A DNA stretch of 63,946 nucleotides, filler included. It is 7 parts of 7 records of this genome, joined end to end, with 100 filler letters (N's around TTAATTAATTAA, not from the genome) between each part and the next. Parts side by side here need not be neighbours in the genome. Positions count along the whole stretch, not along the records: positions 36,135 to 63,946 come from SRR31156797_49579; 6 more parts are not named here. One strand, given 5' to 3'. Of the stretch, positions 39,501 to 49,092 are shown piece after piece; position 1 is the first letter of the stretch; each line of letters begins with the position of its first letter. Made by a program: the position numbers and the translations under genes. The notes beneath the pieces were generated by a model, which was not told where the DNA came from, ran no database searches, and saw only the letters and a list, made by a program, of their open reading frames with translations.

Positions 39501-41141
39501 ATGACAGCACTTCGCGAAATAACCCTCGGACAACTTTTGGACGAGGCGGTTGAAAAGTGGCCTGATCAGGATGCCGTGGTCTATGTGGACCGTGATTTCC
39601 ATCTGACGTATGCGGAATTCGGCGACTTGGTAGACACCATTGCCAAAGGCCTCATGGGGTTGGGTGTACAAAAGGGTGAAAAGGTCGCTATCTGGGCGAA
39701 CAACGTACCCTATTGGGTCGCCTTGCAGTTTGCCACGGCCAAGATTGGAGCAATCCTGCTTACGGTAAACACCCATTATCGTTCACACGAGCTTAAATAT
39801 CTGCTTGAACACTCCGAGGCAGAAAACCTGTTCATCATCGGTGAATATCGGGGGCATGATTATCTCGCCTCGGTGTATGAGCAGGTGCCGGAACTGAAAT
39901 CGCAGGAGCGTGGGCAGCTTCATACCAATACGTTCCCTCATCTCAAGCGTGTGTTCTATCTTGGGCACGAGAAGCATCGCGGCATGTATTCCATTCCTGA
40001 ATTGCAGGCCATGTCCGCCATGGTTTCCGATCAAGATTACAAGGCCCGTCAGGCTGAGCTTGATGCCCATGATGTCGTTAATATGCAGTACACCTCCGGG
40101 ACCACGGGGTTCCCCAAGGGAGTGCAGCTGTCTCATTACAACATTGCCAACAACGGCTACTGGATCGGAAAGAATCAGAACTTCCAGCCGGGTGATCGGC
40201 TTGCTCTGACCGTGCCGCTCTTTCACTGTTTTGGCTGTGTGCTTGGTGTCCTTGCCTGCGTTAACCATGGTGTGGCCATGATCATTCTTGAGGACTTTGT
40301 GCCTACAGAGGTCATGCTCGCTATTGATCAGGAAAAATGTACTGCGGTATACGGTGTGCCCACCATGTTTATCGCCATGCTCGATCATGCCATGTTTGAT
40401 CGTTTCGATTATTCCTCCCTGCGTACCGGCATTATGGCTGGTTCGCCGTGTCCGGTGGAAGTCATGAAGCGGGTCATGGACAAGATGAACATGAAGGAAA
40501 TTACCATCTGTTATGGCCTTACCGAGGCCAGTCCGGTCATGAGTCAGACCACCATCGGCGACACCATTGAGCATATGACAGAGACCGTTGGTCCGGCCAT
40601 GCCTGAAGTGGAGATTCGCATTACTGACCCTGAAACGGGTGAAAAATGTGCTTCCGGTGTTCAGGGTGAGGTTTGCTGTCGTGGCTACAATGTCATGAAG
40701 GGCTACTATAATAACGAGAAAGCCACGGTTGCCGCTATTGATACAGACGGTTGGCTGCACTCCGGCGATCTCGGTGTTATGGATGACGACGGCTACCTGT
40801 CTATTACGGGCCGTCTTAAGGACATGATCATTCGTGGTGGCGAGAATATCTATCCCCGTGAAATTGAAGAATTCCTTTATACCATGGAAGGCATTCTCGA
40901 TGTGCAGGTGGCTGGTGTTCCCAGCGAAAAATTTGGTGAGCAGGTCGGAGCTTTCGTTATTCTCAAGGAAAACGTTGAGCTCGAACCTGAAGATGTTATC
41001 GACTATTGTCGTGGCAAGATCGCTCGCTACAAGATTCCGAAATACGTTACATTCATGACTGAATATCCCATGACTGCATCCGGGAAAATTCAGAAGTTTA
41101 AATTGCGCGATCACGCCGCTACCTTGTGGCCGGACGCGTAG
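39501..41141 (+). CDS. AMP-binding acyl-CoA synthetase
   Basis: YTSGTTGFPKG, YGLTEASP, GWLHSGDLG, RGGENIYPREIE, SGKIQKFKL; GGAGG RBS before 39501. Confidence 0.92.
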   Translation: MTALREITLGQLLDEAVEKWPDQDAVVYVDRDFHLTYAEFGDLVDTIAKGLMGLGVQKGEKVAIWANNVPYWVALQFATAKIGAILLTVNTHYRSHELKYLLEHSEAENLFIIGEYRGHDYLASVYEQVPELKSQERGQLHTNTFPHLKRVFYLGHEKHRGMYSIPELQAMSAMVSDQDYKARQAELDAHDVVNMQYTSGTTGFPKGVQLSHYNIANNGYWIGKNQNFQPGDRLALTVPLFHCFGCVLGVLACVNHGVAMIILEDFVPTEVMLAIDQEKCTAVYGVPTMFIAMLDHAMFDRFDYSSLRTGIMAGSPCPVEVMKRVMDKMNMKEITICYGLTEASPVMSQTTIGDTIEHMTETVGPAMPEVEIRITDPETGEKCASGVQGEVCCRGYNVMKGYYNNEKATVAAIDTDGWLHSGDLGVMDDDGYLSITGRLKDMIIRGGENIYPREIEEFLYTMEGILDVQVAGVPSEKFGEQVGAFVILKENVELEPEDVIDYCRGKIARYKIPKYVTFMTEYPMTASGKIQKFKLRDHAATLWPDA

Positions 41142-41157
41142 AATAAAGATGAAGACA

Positions 41158-41390
41158 GGGGGAAACCTTTTGAAAGAGGTTTCCCCCAAACCCTCATCAA
41201 GAACTTTCAGACGCGCCGTCCGAGAGCTTAATGGGGAATATGAAGACATGTTGGCGGCGTGTTGGTGGCAAGCAAAGGGGAAAATGTTGCTTGTCAGGAA
41301 GAATCCTCCACCCCGCAGGGGTGGCGATAAAAAGTTTTGGAGGATTCTCAAGGAACCTTTTTTTAAAGGTTCCTTGAGCCGCCGGAGGCA
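41158..41390. repeat. Composite palindromic intergenic element (REP/MITE-like)
   Basis: 11-bp stem GGGGGAAACCT/AGGTTTCCCCC (41158-41187) and 14-bp stem CTCAAGGAACCTTT/AAAGGTTCCTTGAG (41347-41378); ends GCCGCCGGAGGCA. Confidence 0.75.
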
Positions 41391-41409
41391 CTTCTTACAG
41401 GAGGTATAT

Positions 41410-41958
41410 ATGGAACAGTACAAGGAAATTGCGCCCCGTTTGGTGGGATTGCGAGAAGGAATCGGCTGGACCGTTGCTGAGATGGCAGATCTTTTGGGGC
41501 TGCCGGAAGACAAGGTTGCCGGATATGAATCCGGGACAGTCGAGATTCCGGTGGGGTATATGTTGGATGTTTCCCGACTGTGTCGAGTCGATCTGACCAC
41601 GCTCATTTCCGGGCGGGAACCCCATCTGAAATCGTATTCCGTCGTCCGTAAAGATGAAGGGTACGCTGTGGATCGTCGCAAGGATTACGATTATAAATCC
41701 TTGGGGTACAAGTTCGCCGGACGCGAAATGGAACCATTTTTGATCACAGTACCGCCCAAGCCCGAAAATGAAATGGTCGAAACTGCACACCGCGGACAGG
41801 AGTTTATGTACGTCCTTGAAGGGCGTCTTGAGGTCCGTCTTGGTGGTGAAGCTATTGTTGTTGAGCCGGGTGATTCTCTGTATTTCAGCTCCGAAACTCC
41901 CCATGCCTTGCGTGGTATGGATGGTAAAGAAGTAAAATTCCTTGATGTGATTCTGTAG
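41410..41958 (+). CDS. XRE-family HTH plus cupin regulator (second copy)
   Basis: HTH, MEPFLI, HRGQEF.YVLEG, GDSLYF....PH; AGGAGG RBS before 41410. Confidence 0.9.
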   Translation: MEQYKEIAPRLVGLREGIGWTVAEMADLLGLPEDKVAGYESGTVEIPVGYMLDVSRLCRVDLTTLISGREPHLKSYSVVRKDEGYAVDRRKDYDYKSLGYKFAGREMEPFLITVPPKPENEMVETAHRGQEFMYVLEGRLEVRLGGEAIVVEPGDSLYFSSETPHALRGMDGKEVKFLDVIL

Positions 41959-42053
41959 GGTTGGCCGATTTATCGGTCCGCCCGGAACAAGGTATGTCAT
42001 TTTTTATGTGCGAAGAAACGCAAAATTGATTCAGAATCACGGAGTTATTTATC

Positions 42054-43688
42054 ATGTTTACTAAGGAAGAATACGCCGATTACGCAGACTTGTGCGCCAG
42101 ATATAAACCGGAATGCCCTGAGAATTTCAACTTTTCTTATGATGTTCTGGATGCAATGGAGCCGGGAAAAACCGCGCTTATTCATGTTGACGACAATGGT
42201 GTCCGTCGCGAATACGATTTCAAATTCTTTCAGGAAACGTCGAGCAGACTCGCCAACGCCCTTGTGAAACAGGGCGTCAAGAAAGGCGATCGTGTTATGC
42301 TCGTCCTGTATCGCCGTATGGAATATTGGACGGTTATGCTCGCACTGCATCGCATCGGTGCACTGCCTATCCCGTCTCCTTCTCTGTTGACGAAAAAAGA
42401 CATCTCTCAGCGTGTCAATTACGCCAAGATTTCAGCTATCATTTGTGAAGATTCCATTTGTGCTCGTGTGGACGAAGCCAAGGGGGATTGTCCCGGCCTT
42501 AAGCATTTCGTGCAGATTGACGGCGAAACTAAAGACGGTTGGTACGACTATGAAGAACTCATGGCGACCGGCGATGCAAGTTTTCCGCGGACTGCTGATT
42601 CCCCGGGCGGCGATGATCCCATGGTTATCTTTTTCTCCTCCGGTACAACCGGTCTGCCAAAGATGGTGCTGCACAATTTCTCCTATCCGGCGAGCCATTT
42701 CACAACAGCCGCGATGTGGCATGATCTCGAAGAGGGCGACATCCATCTGACTCTGTCCGAGACCGGGTGGGCCAAGTCGGTGTGGGGCAAGTTTTATGGT
42801 CAGTGGATGGCAGGTGCTGTTGTTTTTGTCTGGGATTTCCGGGGCAAGTTCGAGCCTGCTCATCTCTTGCAGATCATGGAAGAGAACAAGATTACGACCT
42901 TTTGTGCACCTCCGACGGTCTACCGTTTTCTCGTACGCGAGGATTTGTCCAAGTACACACTGTCTCTTCGTCACTGCACCACGGCTGGCGAATTGTTGAA
43001 TGAGTCGGTGTTCCATGCATGGGAAAAGGCGTTCAACATGCCTCTTTATGAAGGATATGGTCAGACCGAAACCACGCTTCAGGTGGCGACGTTCAAATGC
43101 ATGAAGCCGAAACCCGGTTCCATTGGTCGTCCTGTTCCCGGTTGGGACATTGCGCTTATGGACGATGAGGGCAAGAAAGTTCCTCAGGGTGAGGAAGGCG
43201 AAATTTGTATCCGTATCGACAAGCCAGTGCTCGGGTTGTTCGATTCCTATATGGATGAGCCGGAAAAGACCGAGTCCGTCAAGTTCGACGGCTGGTATCA
43301 CACCGGTGACAAGGCATGGGCGGATGAAGACGGATACCTCTGGTTTATGGGGCGTACCGACGACCTGATCAAAAGCTCCGGTTATCGTATAGGACCTTTT
43401 GAGGTCGAGTCAGCTTTGGTGGCTCATGATGCTGTTATCGAGGCTGCCGTCACCGGCTTGCCTGATGATGTGCGTGGGCAACTGGTCAAGGCAACCGTGG
43501 TTCTCGCTCCCGGGTATGAGCCGTCCGAAGAGCTGACCAAAGCCCTTCAGACGTATGTCCGCGAATTGACCGCACCGTATAAATACCCCCGCGTCATCGA
43601 ATATGTGGACGATCTGCCCAAGACCATTTCCGGCAAGATCAAGCGCAAGGAGATTCGGGAAGCGGATCTGAAGAAGTTCAATAAATAA
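42054..43688 (+). CDS. AMP-binding short/medium-chain acyl-CoA synthetase
   Basis: FSSGTTGLPKMV.H, EGYGQTET, YHTGD, SSGYRIGPFEVESAL, LPKTISGKI. Confidence 0.92.
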   Translation: MFTKEEYADYADLCARYKPECPENFNFSYDVLDAMEPGKTALIHVDDNGVRREYDFKFFQETSSRLANALVKQGVKKGDRVMLVLYRRMEYWTVMLALHRIGALPIPSPSLLTKKDISQRVNYAKISAIICEDSICARVDEAKGDCPGLKHFVQIDGETKDGWYDYEELMATGDASFPRTADSPGGDDPMVIFFSSGTTGLPKMVLHNFSYPASHFTTAAMWHDLEEGDIHLTLSETGWAKSVWGKFYGQWMAGAVVFVWDFRGKFEPAHLLQIMEENKITTFCAPPTVYRFLVREDLSKYTLSLRHCTTAGELLNESVFHAWEKAFNMPLYEGYGQTETTLQVATFKCMKPKPGSIGRPVPGWDIALMDDEGKKVPQGEEGEICIRIDKPVLGLFDSYMDEPEKTESVKFDGWYHTGDKAWADEDGYLWFMGRTDDLIKSSGYRIGPFEVESALVAHDAVIEAAVTGLPDDVRGQLVKATVVLAPGYEPSEELTKALQTYVRELTAPYKYPRVIEYVDDLPKTISGKIKRKEIREADLKKFNK

Positions 43689-43708
43689 GAAAACTGACGA
43701 TTAAATAG

Positions 43709-43740
43709 AAAAAAAGCCGACCATGTGGTCGGCTTTTTTT
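43709..43740. terminator. Bidirectional intrinsic terminator
   Basis: A-run, GCCGACCA/TGGTCGGC stem, T-run, between convergent genes. Confidence 0.85.
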
Positions 43741-43761
43741 GTGGCTATTGATGATGGAAAA

Positions 43762-44025
43762 CTATTGTGGGTTGTTTGGATCGGCTTCGTTTTCTTCATT
43801 TGCTTCAGCTTCAGCAACGCCGTCTTCCGTGAGAAGAGAGGCGTATGCGTCTTTGAAAATGAGTTTTGTAGCGAGTTCGTCGGCTTTTTCCCCGAGTTCC
43901 ATGAGGTGCTCCAGGAAGTCGAGAATAAGCAGTCTACGTTCTTCTTCTCCGTTTTCAAATTCGAATTTGCAGTCGCCGGATTCGAAATACTTGGCCACGC
44001 GTTCCAGATAATCGATGTCGAGCAT
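43762..44025 (-). CDS. Small acidic hypothetical protein
   Basis: 87-aa ORF with GGAG RBS, directly downstream of rlmH. Confidence 0.7.
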   Translation of the reverse strand: MLDIDYLERVAKYFESGDCKFEFENGEEERRLLILDFLEHLMELGEKADELATKLIFKDAYASLLTEDGVAEAEANEENEADPNNPQ

Positions 44026-44039
44026 ACGTAAAATCTCCG

Positions 44040-44510
44040 TTAGTCGTGATGGTAGGGCATGTTTTTATGGATGGTTCCGACGCGATATAATTGCTCAAGC
44101 AGGAGCAAACGTGCCAGCTCATGCGGCAGTGTCATGTCACTGAGCCGGATGGAATGACGGGCCGCTTTTTTGACGTCTTCGGACAATCCAAAGGGGCCGC
44201 CGATGACAAATACAGGCCGTTGGTTTGGTGCATCTGTCCATTTTTGAACCCGTTTGGCGAGTTCTCGTGAGGTCAATCGGTCGCCATATTCATCAAGAAT
44301 GATGAGTACGTCACCCTTTTTGACCTTGGAAAGAATGCCTTCACCTTCCTTTTTGTTCTTGTCCTGAACTGGAAGTTTGCCGGGGGCGTCTTTGATTATA
44401 GACTCTTCCAGTTTGAAAAAACGTGAAAGTTTTTTCCAGTAATGGGCGCACCCATCTTTGGAAAATGGTTCTTTGAGCTTTCCAACCCAGATGAATCCGA
44501 TCTTGCTCAT
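44040..44510 (-). CDS. rlmH: 23S rRNA (pseudouridine-1915-N3) methyltransferase
   Basis: VGKLK, LDE.G...TS.ELA, FVIGGPFG, TLPHELARL.LLEQLYR, PYHH. Confidence 0.95.
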   Translation of the reverse strand: MSKIGFIWVGKLKEPFSKDGCAHYWKKLSRFFKLEESIIKDAPGKLPVQDKNKKEGEGILSKVKKGDVLIILDEYGDRLTSRELAKRVQKWTDAPNQRPVFVIGGPFGLSEDVKKAARHSIRLSDMTLPHELARLLLLEQLYRVGTIHKNMPYHHD

Positions 44511-45166
44511 GATACGCTCATAAGTTGTGCTGTGACGGTTGTGCCGTCAAAATCAATGCGAATATAGCCGCCGCCTGCCAGCATACCGGGGTTGATAACC
44601 GGAGTTTTTCCGATCATGTCCACTGCTTTTGATTCGTGAATATGACCAGTAAGGACCAGTGCAGGTTGAACTCGCTCAATGAATGTGCGGACGCCGGGGC
44701 TGCCGACATGCTGCCCATTGCCGAGTTGGTCCACCTTGGAGCCGTGGGGCGGTTCGTGAATAACCGCAATAAGCTGGTCGAATCCTTCTGCCTGCGCGTG
44801 GGTTTCATCCAACCATTGGGCAATAGTTTCTTCAGGGACTTCACTGGGGGTGCCAAACGGTGTTGGCGTGGACATGCCTACACCCATGAGTCCAAGGCCG
44901 GAAGTCAGCTCTCGGACACGCAGATGGATGTCCATGTCCTGTTCTTTGAGGTAGGCTTGTACCGTATCAGTGTCCATATTTCCCGGTTGGGCCAGGATAC
45001 GAGGATTGATAGTGGCTACAACGTCAATTACGTTGCTGACTGCTTCGCGACTGCCGCGATTGGTGATGTCACCGGTAATGATGACAGCCTCTGCGCCGGA
45101 CAGGTCGGGAATGGCCTCAATGAGACCGGTGGATTCGTGTATATCGCCAAATGCTATCCAATACAT
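44507..45166 (-). CDS. Metallophosphoesterase
   Basis: GDIH, TGDIT, PGNMD, HEPP, GHIHE. Confidence 0.9.
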   Translation of the reverse strand: MYWIAFGDIHESTGLIEAIPDLSGAEAVIITGDITNRGSREAVSNVIDVVATINPRILAQPGNMDTDTVQAYLKEQDMDIHLRVRELTSGLGLMGVGMSTPTPFGTPSEVPEETIAQWLDETHAQAEGFDQLIAVIHEPPHGSKVDQLGNGQHVGSPGVRTFIERVQPALVLTGHIHESKAVDMIGKTPVINPGMLAGGGYIRIDFDGTTVTAQLMSVS

Positions 45167-45246
45167 GATTATGTTCTCCTGAAAAAACTGGCGTGATCCT
45201 ATCGTTGAGTCATGCCGTTCGTCAACGGACTGTGGAGGGAGGACAT

Positions 45247-45281
45247 AAAAGAGCGGGTGCCCCTGTATATGGAGCACCCGC
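45247..45281 (-). terminator. Putative intrinsic terminator after the Lon-like gene
   Basis: GCGGGTGC/GCACCCGC stem followed by TCTTTT on the minus strand. Confidence 0.55.
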
Positions 45282-45291
45282 GAAGCGTGTC

Positions 45292-47703
45292 TTATTCGTT
45301 TTTATCACCCGGCACAGCGAGCTTGGCGAGTTCGGCCAGTCTGTCATCTACCATACGATAGAGTGTGCCTGTGGGGTATTTCCCTTTTCTGTCGGGCTTG
45401 CCGCACCGTATGCCGGTGAGAATGTACATGGCTTCCTCAATGGTCTTGACCGGGAAGATATGGAACATGCCGTCTTCCACGGCTTGAACCACTTCGTCTT
45501 TGAGCATGAGGTTGACCACGTTGTCCGCTGGTAGGATGACGCCTTGCTTGCCTGTCAGCTTGCGACGCCGACAGACCTCGAAGAAGCCTTCGATCTTGCG
45601 GTTGACGCCGCCCACGGCCATGACTGCGCCATTTTGGGATACGGCACCAGTGAAGGCGTAGGATAAGTTGATTGGTGCACCGGATAGGGCAGAGAGCAGG
45701 GAAGCCAGTTCTGCGCCCGAAGCAGAATCGCCTTCAATACCCGCGTAGGACTGTTCGAAACAAAGCGAACCGGTCATGACGATGGGTTTATCCTGTGCAA
45801 ACAGCCGGACCAGATAGGACTTGATGATCATCATGCCCTTGGTGTGGATAGGGCCACCCATCTGGGCTTCGCGTTCCAAATCGAGAATACCGCCGTGACC
45901 AACGCCTGCGGTGCAGGATATTTGGTGCGGCAGACCGAATTCGTAATCACCGAAGAGCGTGACAGACAATCCATTGGCTCGACCTGCGGCCTGTCCATCG
46001 GTGGCGACCTTGATAACCTGTCGGTCATAGTCGGTCATGAATTCTTCTTCATAGAGATTGACGCGGTAATCCTTGGCAGCAACCGCCTCGTTCAGGGCTT
46101 CAAGATCGACGGTATCCTTTCCGGCCATGCGTGCAAAAGCGGACGCTTCGATCATGCGTTCGCGCACGAGCGGGATGTAGAGGGAAAGCCGTTTCTGGTC
46201 TTCCACCAATCGGGATGAAAAATCGACCAACCCGGCGATGGCCTCTCTGGTCAACGGCAGAACTTTGGTCTCGCGTGCAGTCTGGCCGATGATGGATATG
46301 TAGTTTTTAATGTTAGCCGCATTTCGGGCCGCAGCGTGTTGCAGGTGCGCCTTGAGCTTGAAGTATTTGGCGAACCGGTCATCATTGTAGAGCAGTATTT
46401 CGTAGTGCTCGTCTGAGCCTATAAGAACGATCTTGATGTCCAGATCAATCGGTTCTGGCTGGATGGTCCGAGCACGGACTTGTTCCTGATCCACGGGGTC
46501 TTCGATTCGGGACTGGCCCGATCTGAGAGCGCGAAGCAGTCCTTCCCATGAAACGTGGTTGGAAAGCAGGTCCTCCATATTCAAGAGGAGGAAACCGCCG
46601 TTGGCCTGATGCAGTGAACCGGCCTTGATAAGGGTGAAGTCGGTATACAGTGCGCCCATTTCGGCTTCGCGTTCGATGGAGCCGAGCAGGTTGAAGGCCG
46701 TGGGGTGATCTTCCACCACCACTGGTGCACCCTTGGTTTTGCCGTTGTCCACAAACAGGTTGACCTCGAACCGTGTGAAGAAATCTTCACCAGACGGCAT
46801 CCCTTCGGGCAGCAATCCGGCCAAAGAAGTGTCGCGGGGCATGAATTGATCGACGTTTTCCACGACTTCGTTGACCAGTGCTTCGAAGTATTCAGGCAAG
46901 CCTTTGATGGATTTGAATTTGTCAGAAACCTGTGAAAAACAATCCTGCATGACAGCTTTGGCTGTTTCGCGGTGCAGATCATTTTCGGACTCGCGCATTT
47001 CCATTTCGTTCTGATTGATCAGGCGAAGAATGGAGCTGACTCCGGCGAGGAGTTCTTCGCCTTTGGCCTTGAGTTTTTTGCGCTGGCCGGGTTTGATCTT
47101 GTCGAAGTCCTTGTCCGATATGACTTCGCCGTCAACGATGGGAGAAAGGGTGAGTACCCCTTCATCATCGAGACTGAGGGAAAAGTTTTCCTTTTCAGCG
47201 GTGGCGTCCATCTCGTTGAACAATTTTTCGCGTTTAGCGTTGAATTTTTTGACAATCCGTTCATGTTTCTTCTGGAAAGTATCCTTTTCGAATCGAGCCG
47301 GAATTTCCTGACGGATATGGGTCATAGCCTTGTGCTGAGCCACTTTGAACTTTCGACCCTTGCCCGCAGGTATGGACACGGCAATAGGTCTGTCGTTGTC
47401 TTCGAAATTGTAGAGATACACCCAGTCACACGGTGGTGCGGCCTTAGCGGCTGTGGGTTTCAAAAAGGATTTGACGAAATATGTCCGGCCCATATTCGGC
47501 TCACCGGAAACGTAGAGATTATGTTCGTTGCCTCTGATCTCAAGGGCCAACGACAGGGCTTGAATCGCTCTGGGCTGGAGCTTGGGGTAGACATTTTTGT
47601 CCGGGATATCGGCACTGGTTTCATAGGGGATCTTGGTCGGGTCCAGCGTGGCCCGGAGCTTGGAGCCGGGAAGCCCTTTGAGGGCGGGAGTAGTCTTCTT
47701 CAT
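45292..47703 (-). CDS. Lon-like protease (S16, LonB/LonC type)
   Basis: GSLHQANGG, FEQSY.GIEGDSAS (catalytic Ser), GGVNRKIEGF (catalytic Lys). Confidence 0.9.
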   Translation of the reverse strand: MKKTTPALKGLPGSKLRATLDPTKIPYETSADIPDKNVYPKLQPRAIQALSLALEIRGNEHNLYVSGEPNMGRTYFVKSFLKPTAAKAAPPCDWVYLYNFEDNDRPIAVSIPAGKGRKFKVAQHKAMTHIRQEIPARFEKDTFQKKHERIVKKFNAKREKLFNEMDATAEKENFSLSLDDEGVLTLSPIVDGEVISDKDFDKIKPGQRKKLKAKGEELLAGVSSILRLINQNEMEMRESENDLHRETAKAVMQDCFSQVSDKFKSIKGLPEYFEALVNEVVENVDQFMPRDTSLAGLLPEGMPSGEDFFTRFEVNLFVDNGKTKGAPVVVEDHPTAFNLLGSIEREAEMGALYTDFTLIKAGSLHQANGGFLLLNMEDLLSNHVSWEGLLRALRSGQSRIEDPVDQEQVRARTIQPEPIDLDIKIVLIGSDEHYEILLYNDDRFAKYFKLKAHLQHAAARNAANIKNYISIIGQTARETKVLPLTREAIAGLVDFSSRLVEDQKRLSLYIPLVRERMIEASAFARMAGKDTVDLEALNEAVAAKDYRVNLYEEEFMTDYDRQVIKVATDGQAAGRANGLSVTLFGDYEFGLPHQISCTAGVGHGGILDLEREAQMGGPIHTKGMMIIKSYLVRLFAQDKPIVMTGSLCFEQSYAGIEGDSASGAELASLLSALSGAPINLSYAFTGAVSQNGAVMAVGGVNRKIEGFFEVCRRRKLTGKQGVILPADNVVNLMLKDEVVQAVEDGMFHIFPVKTIEEAMYILTGIRCGKPDRKGKYPTGTLYRMVDDRLAELAKLAVPGDKNE

Positions 47704-47803
47704 TGAATGCTCATGCTGTATTATTCGTGCGCGACATTGGCACTTTATGAATCTAAGGTGTTTTTCCTCGGTTGTCACCATCCATTGTGTCAGGTTGCCC
47801 ATG

Positions 47804-47831
47804 AAAAAAGGCGACCTTGAAAGGTCGCCTT
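47804..47831 (-). terminator. Intrinsic terminator closing the exported-protein cassette
   Basis: AAGGCGACCT/AGGTCGCCTT stem with a T-run on the minus strand. Confidence 0.8.
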
Positions 47832-47853
47832 ATCTGTTTCAAGCGCAATGTGC

Positions 47854-49080
47854 CTACAATCCGGTCCCCTTGAAAAGAGCTTTTTGTAGTCCAAGGCTCC
47901 ATTGCCCTTTGGGGAATCCGTATTTCACTGCGAAATTATCTAAAGCCTGTTTGGTCATTGGTCCCCAGTTTTGGTCGATTGTACCTTTGTAGTAGCCAAG
48001 GTCGCGCAAACGGACCTGCATGGCTTTTACGTCTTCTGGAAAGAGAGGATTCAGGAAAGCCGTGCCACGCCCATACGGGCCTTCGCCGGAACCTGTTTGA
48101 GGTGTTGGCGTTGGGGCGTATGCATTGACAGGTACTTTTTGTTGATGAGGAACCGGGCGATATGTCTGTTGAGGCTGATTTGTGCTCACGGCAGGAGGGG
48201 CGGTTGCAGTCTGCATAGGAGCAGACGGCCCGGAGGCGGACGGTTTGGAGTTATATCGGGCAACATGATTTCTTTCGCGTAAATCTTGGTCGATCCCACT
48301 TCCCGGTGTGTAATAGTAATTGTTGTAAAACCGGTCACGAAGGCTGGACGGGTTGAATTTTGCTGCGAACATGTGCACTCGCCAGCCATCATAGTCGAGA
48401 TATGATTCCTGCTTTTTTGCCAGATTGTCCCGTTGCCATTGTGCTTTTTTCCGATCACTCATGATGACTTCAAATTTGGCATCCGCAGGGAGACGGTTTT
48501 TGACGAAGGTCATAACCAGATATTTATCGATTTTAGTTTGGTCTCGTTGAGGATTGAAACCGTATGTTTTGGCTGCATGATAGACCGCTCCCCAATCCCC
48601 ACGGGATTCAATCGGGACAGCTTGAAGAAATGTCGCATACGGGATCATATAGACTTCTAGGGTCAGTTTTGATGGAGAAGATGTTGCGGCCAAACATTGT
48701 GTGATGCTGATCTTGTCCTTTTGAACAGTATATTGAGCCAAATATTGCAGGGTTGCGATGCGTTCATTAGGATCGAAAAGATGGATGACACCGGCCACAT
48801 CCGCTGCATAGTTGTCGCCGATACCGTAGTTTTGGCCTATGACCGGGATCGCCCCGCCATGTTTGAAAGTGTAGAAGTACCCGTTGTTGAGGCCTTCCAT
48901 GTATGCGTCTGCCCCTGGAAGAAATGAGACAGAACTCGGTCCTTGTTGGTTGGTGAGTTTGGCGGCTACGGCATAGGATACGGCAAGGGCATCCGGCGGC
49001 CATTCCACATCCTGCCCCATGACGGGGGAGACTGTTGTCAGGCATATCAGAAGGCTGAGAGCGAGAATGCGCTTTTTCAT
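47854..49080 (-). CDS. Secreted protein with C-terminal peptidoglycan-binding-like domain (paralog B2)
   Basis: Sec signal MKKRILALSLLICL; Pro/Gln linker; DVKAMQVRL.DLGYY.G.ID..WGP.T..AL PG_binding_1-like pattern. Confidence 0.75.
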   Translation of the reverse strand: MKKRILALSLLICLTTVSPVMGQDVEWPPDALAVSYAVAAKLTNQQGPSSVSFLPGADAYMEGLNNGYFYTFKHGGAIPVIGQNYGIGDNYAADVAGVIHLFDPNERIATLQYLAQYTVQKDKISITQCLAATSSPSKLTLEVYMIPYATFLQAVPIESRGDWGAVYHAAKTYGFNPQRDQTKIDKYLVMTFVKNRLPADAKFEVIMSDRKKAQWQRDNLAKKQESYLDYDGWRVHMFAAKFNPSSLRDRFYNNYYYTPGSGIDQDLRERNHVARYNSKPSASGPSAPMQTATAPPAVSTNQPQQTYRPVPHQQKVPVNAYAPTPTPQTGSGEGPYGRGTAFLNPLFPEDVKAMQVRLRDLGYYKGTIDQNWGPMTKQALDNFAVKYGFPKGQWSLGLQKALFKGTGL

Positions 49081-49092
49081 GGTGTCCCCCCA

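Noticed and set aside
41149-41409. N-terminal extension of the second XRE-cupin ORF
   Set aside because: It is a translation of the palindromic repeat; a strong AGGAGG RBS supports the ATG at 41410.
39783-41681. 632-aa minus-strand ORF (likewise 1635..2708, 2715..3440, 42432..43301, 46972..47706, 61356..62075)
   Set aside because: Antisense shadows of well-supported genes with no recognisable motifs.
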